64,000 nt of DNA, taken from the NCBI GenBank assembly GCA_947056845.1, contig CAMSCJ010000009.1:554-64553 (forward strand). The letters run 5' to 3'. Made by a program: the position numbers and the translations under genes. Source of the stretch: an uncultured Mycoplasmatota bacterium. GTDB taxonomy: Bacteria > Bacillota_I > Bacilli_A > RF39 > UBA660. The notes beneath the pieces are model-generated. The model made no database searches, was not told the origin of the DNA, and saw only the letters and a program-made list of their open reading frames with translations. Shown here in pieces: positions 27,168 through 36,916 of this stretch. Within the stretch, counting starts at the first letter, position 1. Every line of letters begins with the position of its first letter.

Positions 27168-28923
27168 GTTATTTAAAAATTTTAAAAAAAGAGACTATTT
27201 AATTATTTTAATTTGTATTTTTTTAATATTTTTTCAGGTTTGGTTAGATTTGCGATTACCAGATTATATGTCGAGTATTACAAGGCTTGTCCAAACTGAA
27301 GGAAATAATATGGGTGAAATTGTTATGCAAGGAGCCTATATGTTATTTTGTGCTTTTGGTAGTTTGTTGTCAGCTGTTTGTGTTGGCTATTTGGCATCAT
27401 TATTATCTGCTAGTTTTTCTAAACTACTTCGTCAAAAAATATTTAATAAGGTTGAAGATTTTGGGACAGAAGAGATTAAAAAGTTTTCAACAAGTAGTTT
27501 AATTACAAGAACAACTAATGATGTTACTCAAATTGAGATGTTAATTTCAATGGGATTACAAATGTTAATTAAAGCACCCATTATGGCTGTATGGGCGATT
27601 AGCAAAATACTAAATAAGAGTATTGAGTGGAGTGCTTTAACAGGAGCTGGTGTTTTTATATTACTACTTACGATTGGTATTTTAATGATTATTGTGTTAC
27701 CAAGGTTTGAGAGAGTTCAAAAATTAATTGATAGGGTTAATGGCGTGACACGCGAGAATTTAACAGGTATTAGAGTTATTAGAGCATTTAATGCTGAGAA
27801 GTATCAAGAAAAAAGATTTGAAAGCGTTAATAGTGAACTTACTAATACACAATTATTTAATCAAAAATGTTTTGCCATTTTAAATCCTGTTATGAATATT
27901 GTTATGCATTTTTTGACTTTGGGCATCTATTTTATTGGCGCAATTTTAATTGAAAAAGCAGGAATGGTTGATAAAATTAATTTGTTTAGTAATATGGTTG
28001 TTTTTTCTAGTTATGGTATGCAAGTAATTATGTCATTTCTTATGTTAGCAATGATATTTATGATGTGGCCAAGAGCACAGGTTTCAGCTAAACGTATAAA
28101 TGAAGTAATGGATGAGACAATTTCAATAGTTGATGGAAATTTAGATGAAGTTGCTTCTAAAGATGTTGGGACAATTGAATTTAAAAATGTATCATTTAAA
28201 TATCCTGATGCTGATGAATATCTACTTAAAAATATTTCGTTTAAGGTTGAAAAAGGTGAGACAATAGCATTTATCGGTTCGACTGGTAGTGGTAAATCAA
28301 CTTTAATTAATTTAGTACCTAGATTTTATGATGTAACTGATGGTGAAATTTTAGTTGATGGTATTAATGTCAAGGATTATAAACAAGAAGTATTACATAA
28401 TAAAATTGGTTATGTACCACAAAAAGCGGTTATGTTTACGGGTACGATTGTTGAGAATGTTGCCTATGGTGATAATGGAAAAGGTAAAGCTACTTTAGAA
28501 CAAATAAAAAAGGCAATTGACGTAGCTCAAGGAACCGATTTTGTTATGAAAATGGATGGCGAGTATGAAGCACATATTGCTCGTGGTGGGACCAATGTAT
28601 CAGGTGGTCAAAAACAGAGACTTGCAATAGCTCGTGCCATTGCTCGTAATCCTGAAATTTATATATTTGATGATTCTTTTTCAGCTTTAGATTATAAAAC
28701 AGATGCTACATTACGTAAGGAGTTAAAAAATTATACGAAAGATGCTACAAGCATGATTGTTGCCCAACGAATTGGTACCATTATTAATGCAGATAAGATT
28801 GTAGTTTTGGATAAGGGTGAATGTGTAGGAATTGGCAATCACAAAGAATTATTAAAAAGTTGTGATGTATATAAAGAAATTGCATTATCACAACTGTCAA
28901 AGGAGGAATTAGAAAATGCCTAG
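27160..28923 (+). CDS. ABC exporter, fused TMD-NBD half transporter (heterodimer partner 1)
   Basis: Six-TM domain plus Walker A GSTGSGKST, signature VSGGQKQR and Walker B. Confidence 0.9.
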   Translation: MFKLFKNFKKRDYLIILICIFLIFFQVWLDLRLPDYMSSITRLVQTEGNNMGEIVMQGAYMLFCAFGSLLSAVCVGYLASLLSASFSKLLRQKIFNKVEDFGTEEIKKFSTSSLITRTTNDVTQIEMLISMGLQMLIKAPIMAVWAISKILNKSIEWSALTGAGVFILLLTIGILMIIVLPRFERVQKLIDRVNGVTRENLTGIRVIRAFNAEKYQEKRFESVNSELTNTQLFNQKCFAILNPVMNIVMHFLTLGIYFIGAILIEKAGMVDKINLFSNMVVFSSYGMQVIMSFLMLAMIFMMWPRAQVSAKRINEVMDETISIVDGNLDEVASKDVGTIEFKNVSFKYPDADEYLLKNISFKVEKGETIAFIGSTGSGKSTLINLVPRFYDVTDGEILVDGINVKDYKQEVLHNKIGYVPQKAVMFTGTIVENVAYGDNGKGKATLEQIKKAIDVAQGTDFVMKMDGEYEAHIARGGTNVSGGQKQRLAIARAIARNPEIYIFDDSFSALDYKTDATLRKELKNYTKDATSMIVAQRIGTIINADKIVVLDKGECVGIGNHKELLKSCDVYKEIALSQLSKEELENA

Positions 28924-30880
28924 ACCAGGAGGTCCAAGAGGACATGTACCTGAAAAATCAAAAGATTTTAAAGGTTCTATGAAGAGATTATTCGCTAGTT
29001 TAAAACGTTGGCATGTGTTATTAATATTTTCTTTAATATTAGCTATGACTAGCGCAATATTAGCTTTAATTGCTCCAAATAAATTATCAGATTTAACTGA
29101 TACAATAACATTAGGTATAAGTCCTAAGATGGATGAGGAAACAATTAATGGTATTATGAGTAATCCTGATATTTCAAACGATGATAAAATGCAATTTAAA
29201 CAACTTTTGGATGGCATGGATGAAAGTAATACTGATAATAGTAAATTATTATCCGAACTTGATCAACTACCTACATCTATACAAGATATAATTAGACCAT
29301 CGATTGATATGAATCGTGTTAGGAATATTGCTATTTTACTTACTGTTCTATATTTAATAAGTGCTTTATTTAGTTATATTGAAGGTTATGCAATGACAGT
29401 TGTTTCTAATAATTTTGCTAAACAATTACGTTCTAGAATTAGCTTAAAAATTAATAAATTGCCTTTAAAATATTTTGATAATCATGAAACTGGGGATGTT
29501 TTATCACGTGTTACAAATGATGTTGATACGATTGCAATGAATATGAATCAGAGTTTAACAACATTAGTTACTAGTATTACTTTATTTTTAGGTTCTATTA
29601 TTATGATGTTTATAACTAATTTGATTATGGCTATAACCGCTATTGTTGCTAGTACAATTGGTTTTGGGTTAATGGGTTTAATTTTGGGTAAATCACAAAA
29701 ATATTTTACGCAAAGACAGGTTGAATTAGGAAATTTAAATGGTTATATTGAAGAAATATATTCAGGTCATAATGTTGTTAAAGCTTATAATGGTAGTAAG
29801 CAAGCTAAAAAAGAGTTTGAAGTTTTAAATGATAAATTGTTTGATTGTAATCGCAAAAGTCAATTTTTATCTGGTTTAATGCAACCGATTATGGGATTTG
29901 TTGGAAATTTTGGGTATGTTGCTGTTTGTGTTGTTGGTGCCTTACTAACTATGAATAATTCTATATCATTTGGTGTTATTGTGGCATTTATGATTTATGT
30001 AAGATTATTTACTAATCCATTATCACAAATGGCACAGGCTATGACTAGTTTACAATCAACCGCAGCTTCTAGTGAAAGAGTTTTTGAGTTTTTAGATGAA
30101 ATAGAAATGTCATCACAAGAAAAATTAACAAAGTATTTGGATAAAAATAAAGTTCGTGGTGAAATTGAATTTAAAAATGTTAGGTTTGGTTATGACGAAA
30201 AACGTACAATTATAAATGATTTTAGTGTCAAAGCTAAAAGTGGTGAAAAAATAGCGATTGTAGGTCCAACAGGAGCTGGAAAGACAACGATGGTTAATTT
30301 ACTTATGAAGTTTTATGAAATAAGTTCTGGGGATATTTTAATTGATGGTGTGTCAACTAAGGAGTTGACTCGTGAAAATATCCATGATTTATTTATAATG
30401 GTTTTACAGGATACATGGGTTTTTGATGGAACTATTCGTGATAATCTTAAATTTAATCGAGAAGAGATTACAGATGAAGAAATCTGGCAAGCTTGTAAAG
30501 TTGTTGGTATTGATCATTTTATTAAGACATTACCAGGTGGTTTGGATTGTGTTTTAAGTGATAATGATGCAATCAGTCAAGGACAAAAACAATTATTAAC
30601 AATTGCCCGTGGTATGATTGAAAATGCTCCATTTTTAATTTTGGATGAAGCTACTAGTAATGTTGATACCAGAACAGAAGAACTTGTTCAAAAAGCTATG
30701 GATAAATTGACGATAGGTAGAACTTCATTTATTATTGCGCATCGTTTATCTACTATTAAAAATGCTGATAAAATATTGGTTATGAAAAATGGAGATATTA
30801 TCGAGTCTGGTAATCATGAGGAATTGATGGCTAAAAATGGTTTTTATGCTGAACTTTATAATTCCCAATTTGAATTATAA
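28916..30880 (+). CDS. ABC exporter, fused TMD-NBD half transporter (heterodimer partner 2)
   Basis: Characteristic N-terminal segment (MPRPGGPRGH...KDFKGSMKRL). Walker A GPTGAGKTT, signature ISQGQKQL and a Walker B motif (ILDEATS) in the NBD. Confidence 0.9.
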   Translation: MPRPGGPRGHVPEKSKDFKGSMKRLFASLKRWHVLLIFSLILAMTSAILALIAPNKLSDLTDTITLGISPKMDEETINGIMSNPDISNDDKMQFKQLLDGMDESNTDNSKLLSELDQLPTSIQDIIRPSIDMNRVRNIAILLTVLYLISALFSYIEGYAMTVVSNNFAKQLRSRISLKINKLPLKYFDNHETGDVLSRVTNDVDTIAMNMNQSLTTLVTSITLFLGSIIMMFITNLIMAITAIVASTIGFGLMGLILGKSQKYFTQRQVELGNLNGYIEEIYSGHNVVKAYNGSKQAKKEFEVLNDKLFDCNRKSQFLSGLMQPIMGFVGNFGYVAVCVVGALLTMNNSISFGVIVAFMIYVRLFTNPLSQMAQAMTSLQSTAASSERVFEFLDEIEMSSQEKLTKYLDKNKVRGEIEFKNVRFGYDEKRTIINDFSVKAKSGEKIAIVGPTGAGKTTMVNLLMKFYEISSGDILIDGVSTKELTRENIHDLFIMVLQDTWVFDGTIRDNLKFNREEITDEEIWQACKVVGIDHFIKTLPGGLDCVLSDNDAISQGQKQLLTIARGMIENAPFLILDEATSNVDTRTEELVQKAMDKLTIGRTSFIIAHRLSTIKNADKILVMKNGDIIESGNHEELMAKNGFYAELYNSQFEL

Positions 30881-30888
30881 GTTATTAG

Positions 30889-30918
30889 GGAATGTTAATG
30901 AGAATTAATATTCCTTTT
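30889..30918 (+). terminator. Imperfect hairpin terminator after the ABC exporter
   Basis: GGGAATGTTAAT-gaga-ATTAATATTCC followed by T5. Confidence 0.4.
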
Positions 30919-30986
30919 TGTGTTAAATTATTGGCATATTTAATAAATTGTATATAATATTAAGCAATTTGAAAGGAGATTAAATT

Positions 30987-31052
30987 ATGAAAAAAGATAG
31001 ACAAAGTTATATTAATTATGAAATGTGTAAAATATGCATATTGCAAAGATAA
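30987..31052 (+). CDS. SD-initiated 21-aa small ORF (MKKDRQSYINYEMCKICILQR)
   Basis: AAAGGAG lies 8 nt upstream of the ATG. A candidate promoter TTGGCA-N16-TATAAT with a TG extension lies at about 30933-30961. Confidence 0.25.
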   Translation: MKKDRQSYINYEMCKICILQR

Positions 31053-31094
31053 AGTCAAAAAACTATTTTGTTATCTTTAGGTTTTGTCAAAAAA

Positions 31095-31118
31095 AATAAC
31101 GAATTTTATATCGTTATT
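31095..31118 (-). terminator. Terminator for the minus-strand lipoprotein gene (AATAACGA-loop-TCGTTATT, T8 on the minus strand)
   Basis: A hairpin that includes the stop codon, followed by an A8 run on the plus strand (T8 on the minus strand). Confidence 0.5.
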
Positions 31119-31407
31119 TTATTGTGCATGTATAACCAATGCTTTCATTTAATTCTTTTAATTTGTTAGCAATATCTTCACTTGTTTCATCACCATTGAA
31201 TTCATAAAAGTTTTTTAGAGTTTCCCATTCTTCATCAGTAACAGTCTCTTCATCGTCATTAATAGCTGATTTAGTTATTTTTCCTTTTTCAATGGTAATA
31301 GTGCTAATTTCACCATTTTGTTTACATTCAAGTACTTTTTGATCTTTATTACAACCTGTTAAGCAAAGACATAGAATAAAAATGCTAATTATAGTTAACT
31401 TTTTCAA
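31114..31407 (-). CDS. Small lipoprotein, acidic
   Basis: Signal peptide with lipobox LTGC. Confidence 0.6.
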   Translation of the reverse strand: MKKLTIISIFILCLCLTGCNKDQKVLECKQNGEISTITIEKGKITKSAINDDEETVTDEEWETLKNFYEFNGDETSEDIANKLKELNESIGYTCTIK

Positions 31408-31511
31408 TTATACTCACCAACCTCACTATAATTATAACATATTTATTTTAAAATATAACTTTGGTTTTTAAAAAATGTAAAGTTTTTATGAAATAATATT
31501 AAAAATGCTAA

Positions 31512-32783
<1,272 letters not shown>

Positions 32784-32858
32784 TAAAACTTGTTTTTGCT
32801 AGAATATATATGATATACTCATAATAGTATTAATTGAGATTATTAAAGGACGAATGCT

Positions 32859-33572
32859 ATGAATGTTATATTAACTATTATTTTAATATTATTGGTTATT
32901 GTTATTTTGATATATTGGCAAGTTAAAAAAAAACTTAGAGAATTTTCATCATCTATTTTTGGGACTTCTAATATTATTGAAGGAATTAAAAATCAAAAAA
33001 TAGCTTTGACTAATGAGCCAAAATCAGTATTTGGAATGGAAAAATTGTTACTTCCAAATATTGTTAAAGATTTTCCTAATTTAAATATTAATGAAATGAA
33101 AAAAATGGTTGAAGATAGCATTTTGATGTGTTTACAATCAATTGAAAAAAAACAGGTTTTAAAAGCTGATTATGTTAGTGAGGCAATCATAAATTGGATT
33201 CAAAGTCGGATTGACGACTTGAATAAAGAAGAATTTGTAAATTATGATGCAATAAAGTTTCATCGAACGGTATTAAGTCAGTATACTAATAAAGATGGGG
33301 TTTATGCACTAACATTTCAAACAGCTGTAGAATACTTATATAAAAAAAATGATACTAATTATGAAAAAATTCAAAATCGTTTTAATACAGAATTTATTTA
33401 TATTTTTGATGACACAAAGGTAAGTAAGTATCAATCTGGTATTGCTTTAAATTGTCCAAATTGTGGGGCTCCAATTAAAGATTTGGGCGTTAAAATATGC
33501 AATTATTGTGGTACTGGTGTGATAGATTTAGTAAAGAAAACATGGATATTAAATAATATCAAAGAAAGTTAG
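32859..33572 (+). CDS. Membrane-anchored protein with C-terminal zinc ribbon (YdjG/YdjH-like accessory)
   Basis: N-terminal TM helix, then a C-terminal CPNCGAPIKDLGVKICNYCGT motif. Confidence 0.55.
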   Translation: MNVILTIILILLVIVILIYWQVKKKLREFSSSIFGTSNIIEGIKNQKIALTNEPKSVFGMEKLLLPNIVKDFPNLNINEMKKMVEDSILMCLQSIEKKQVLKADYVSEAIINWIQSRIDDLNKEEFVNYDAIKFHRTVLSQYTNKDGVYALTFQTAVEYLYKKNDTNYEKIQNRFNTEFIYIFDDTKVSKYQSGIALNCPNCGAPIKDLGVKICNYCGTGVIDLVKKTWILNNIKES

Positions 33573-33590
33573 AAAGAAAGAGGTAAAAAA

Positions 33591-34844
33591 ATGGGTTTAA
33601 TAAAATCTGCATTCAGTTCCATTGGTGGAACATTACATGAACAATGGGAAGATTACATCAAATGTGACGAACTTAATAATGAAACATTGATGGTTAAAAA
33701 AACAACTAAAACAGGTCAAATTTCAGCAAAAAGTAGAATTCAGGTAAATCCTGGACAATGTGCGATTATAATGGATAGTGGTCAAATTCTAGATGCAACA
33801 GCTGAAGAAGGTATATATACTTTTGATGCTTCAACATCACCATCTTTATTTGCTGGCCAATTTGGTGGTATGTTTAAGGAAATGTGGGAAAGATTTAAAT
33901 ATAATGGCACGCCTGCTAAAGAACAAGCTATTTATTATATTAATATTAAAGAAATTGTTGATAATAAATTTGGAACACCAAATCCAATTCCATTTCAAGA
34001 TTGGTCTCATCCAATCCCAAATCAGATGACAGGAACTGTAACGCCACTTCGTGTCCAAGTTAAATGTCATGGTAAATATACTTTTAAAATATCTGATCCA
34101 ATGACTTTTATGCGTGAAATTGCTGGGACACCTGATGTTTATAGAAGAGAAGATATAACAGAACAAATGCGTTCAGAAGTTATTGCGGCATTCCAAAATG
34201 TTGCTAATGAGCTTGGTAATAGTGAACATAAGGTTCCTGTTTTAGAAATGCCAAGTGCAACTGATGAAATCCAAACAATGATGGAAGCAAAAGAATTTGA
34301 TGTGGCTATTAAAAGAAGAGGTATAAGTTTAGTTGGATTTGCTGTTGAATCGGTTATTTTAGATGATGAGTCATCGAAAAAAATTGATAATTATGAATTG
34401 AGCTCAAACAGTTTCATGCAACAAGGTACACTTGTTGGATCTTATGCAGAAGCTATGCCAGCAGCTGCTAAAAATGAAGGTGGCGCAATGAATGGTTTTA
34501 TGGGTGTCGGAATGATGAATATGGCATCAGGCGGTATGATGGGTGGAGTTGCCCAGGCTCCATTTAATAATCAACCAAATAATTCATTTCAACAAATGAG
34601 TGATCCATTTGCAAAACAAAATAATATGCAATCTACTACAGCAGGAGTGGCTGAAACAGTAGTTGATAATAAAAAATATTGCGCCAATTGTGGTAATGAA
34701 GTAACTGGCAAGTTTTGTACTAATTGTGGAACAAAGTATGAAGAGGTTATTTCAGAAGAACCAAAAACTAGTAAGTGTCCAAATTGTGGTGTAGACGTTC
34801 AAGGTAAATTTTGTTCTGAATGTGGAACTGCGATTGAACAATAA
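33591..34844 (+). CDS. SPFH-like (YdjI-like) protein with Gly/Met-rich linker and two C-terminal zinc ribbons
   Basis: N-terminal MGLIKSAFSSIGG...NPGQCAIIMDSGQILD resembles YdjI-type SPFH-like proteins. The C-terminus carries CANCGN...CTNCGT and CPNCGV...CSECGT. Confidence 0.6.
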   Translation: MGLIKSAFSSIGGTLHEQWEDYIKCDELNNETLMVKKTTKTGQISAKSRIQVNPGQCAIIMDSGQILDATAEEGIYTFDASTSPSLFAGQFGGMFKEMWERFKYNGTPAKEQAIYYINIKEIVDNKFGTPNPIPFQDWSHPIPNQMTGTVTPLRVQVKCHGKYTFKISDPMTFMREIAGTPDVYRREDITEQMRSEVIAAFQNVANELGNSEHKVPVLEMPSATDEIQTMMEAKEFDVAIKRRGISLVGFAVESVILDDESSKKIDNYELSSNSFMQQGTLVGSYAEAMPAAAKNEGGAMNGFMGVGMMNMASGGMMGGVAQAPFNNQPNNSFQQMSDPFAKQNNMQSTTAGVAETVVDNKKYCANCGNEVTGKFCTNCGTKYEEVISEEPKTSKCPNCGVDVQGKFCSECGTAIEQ

Positions 34845-34860
34845 ATAAAAAAAGTAGGGA

Positions 34861-35724
34861 GTGTATAAAATGAAATGTCCAAATTGTGGAAAAGAAGTTA
34901 AAGAGGGAGCTAAATTCTGTGTTGGCTGTGGAACATCTTTAGTGGAAACTAAAGAGGAAACAAAAAATGATGCAAGTCAAAAAGTTGAGGCAGTAAAAGA
35001 AAAAGTTACAGCTAAGATGAGTGAAGTTAAAGAAAGTGCTAAAAAAGCTGCTGATAGTGATTTTATGAAAATGATATTAGCAAGTTTAATGTTTTTAGTT
35101 AATATTATATTAAAACCAATTAAGACTTTAAAATCTAAAATAGAAGATTATTCCGATCCTAAAAATGGTTTTATTTTAGCTTCAGTTGTTGCTCTTGCGA
35201 CAATGATTGTTAGAGTAGTTGTATCATTTATTATGGCTTTAATACAAAAACAATGTACTACTTCTATTTTTGGTAAAGGAAGTTGTTTATCATTTGGTGA
35301 AAAGTTAAAAACAATTGATTGGATGGGAATTACTTTAAAACATCTATTGATTATTTTAATTTCAATGTTTGCTGTTGCTGGTATTTATTATCTAGCTAGT
35401 TTAATTGCTAAAAAGTCAGCAAACTTTATGAGATTACTTACAATTACAGCTGTTTCATTTGTGCCAGCATGTGCGGCAATGTATTTATTAACACCAATAT
35501 TTGGGTGGATTAATATTCATCTTGGGGTAATTGTTACAATAGTAGGATTTGTTTATTCATTAGTAATATTCTTTAGTGCAATAAAGGATGAATTTAAATT
35601 TGAGAGTGATGATAAGGCAGTGTATTTTCACTTAATATGTGTTAGTATAATTTTGATTGTTTTATATTTTGTTGGTATAAATGTTGCTAATAATCAATTA
35701 AATAATTCTTCACTTAATTGGTAA
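34861..35724 (+). CDS. Zinc-ribbon N-terminal domain with 4-5 C-terminal TM helices
   Basis: N-terminal CPNCGKEVKEGAKFCVGCG followed by a polytopic C-terminus. Confidence 0.6.
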   Translation: MYKMKCPNCGKEVKEGAKFCVGCGTSLVETKEETKNDASQKVEAVKEKVTAKMSEVKESAKKAADSDFMKMILASLMFLVNIILKPIKTLKSKIEDYSDPKNGFILASVVALATMIVRVVVSFIMALIQKQCTTSIFGKGSCLSFGEKLKTIDWMGITLKHLLIILISMFAVAGIYYLASLIAKKSANFMRLLTITAVSFVPACAAMYLLTPIFGWINIHLGVIVTIVGFVYSLVIFFSAIKDEFKFESDDKAVYFHLICVSIILIVLYFVGINVANNQLNNSSLNW

Positions 35725-35736
35725 TAAGATACATTA

Positions 35737-35762
35737 AAGGGAGTTTAAATACTCTTTTTTTG
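35737..35762 (+). terminator. Rho-independent terminator (AAGGGAGT-loop-ACTCTTTT plus T-run)
   Basis: Hairpin with G-U pairs and a T7 run after the 34861 gene. Confidence 0.5.
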
Positions 35763-35873
35763 TTGCATTTTTGTTTATAAATAGCTATGTAAAAATCGAT
35801 TTTAATGTTATAATTGATTTATGTTTTATTATTGATTAGAATTAAATTATTAATGATTAATGGGTGGTATAGT

Positions 35874-36797
35874 GTGGACGATAATTTTATTTTAAATGAT
35901 TTAACAAATATTGATGATATGGATTATACGACTGTGTTATATATAAGAGAGGTTGAACATATTCCTTTATTAACAACTAAAGAGCAAAAAGAATTATTTT
36001 ATCGTTTAGCTAATGGAGATCTTTGTGCTAGAAATAGGCTTATTGAAGCCTATTTGTATTTGGTGATCAAAGTTGTAAAAAAGATGATGTCTAAGGGACT
36101 TTCTTTTATTGACCTAATTGATGAAGGTAATATCGCGCTTATAAATGCTGTTGAAACTTTTGATATTAATAGTGATTCGAGCTTTTATTCTTATGCACAT
36201 CTTCTAATATATCGTCATATTTGTAATGTAGTTGATAGTCAAATAAGAAGTATTAAGGCACATAATATTTCTTATTCTAAAGTCTTAAAATGTAGGAATA
36301 TTCAGCAAAAGTTAATGGAGGAGTTAGGGTATAAACCAACTACTGAACAAATTTCTGAAAAATTGGGTATGCCAGTAGAGGAAACTAAGTTAATTCTAAA
36401 ATGGCAAATGTATCCTAGTATTGATGAATTATCAAATCAAGAAAGTAAATTATTTATAGCTGATACTTTAGTGGAAGATTATGTTATAACAAAATTGGAT
36501 TTTTTAACGGCTAAAGAGATGTTTAAGATATTAGGCGAGGATGAGGTCTTGGTTTTAACATACCATTTTGGTCTTAACGGTGTTGAAAAACAGTCACTAG
36601 AAAAAATTGGAAATTATTTAAATATAAAAAAAGAAACGACTAGACAAATAGAGTTAAGAGCTTTAAAGAAACTAAGAAGAGAATTTAATAAAAGAAAACT
36701 TGATGCTTTAAAAAAGAATGCAATGCTATTAAAACAAAAAAAACAGAAAAAATATATAAGAAGATTTATATATAAAGGAAAAAATAATGATAGGTAA
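35874..36797 (+). CDS. Sigma-70 family alternative sigma factor (regions 2-4) with Lys-rich C-terminal tail
   Basis: Region 2 (FIDLIDEGNIALINAVETFD) and a region 4 helix-turn-helix (TTRQIELRALKKLRREF). The start is uncertain: GTG at 35874 after GGTGG, or ATG at 35853. Confidence 0.7.
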   Translation: MDDNFILNDLTNIDDMDYTTVLYIREVEHIPLLTTKEQKELFYRLANGDLCARNRLIEAYLYLVIKVVKKMMSKGLSFIDLIDEGNIALINAVETFDINSDSSFYSYAHLLIYRHICNVVDSQIRSIKAHNISYSKVLKCRNIQQKLMEELGYKPTTEQISEKLGMPVEETKLILKWQMYPSIDELSNQESKLFIADTLVEDYVITKLDFLTAKEMFKILGEDEVLVLTYHFGLNGVEKQSLEKIGNYLNIKKETTRQIELRALKKLRREFNKRKLDALKKNAMLLKQKKQKKYIRRFIYKGKNNDR

Positions 36798-36916
36798 ATA
36801 TGGAATTGACTATATTTATTTTTTTATAATTGTTTACTTTTACTTATTTTAAAAATTATTTTTTGTTTTAAGTAAAAATTTATGATATACTTATATTAGT
36901 AGTCTAGGAGGTAGTT

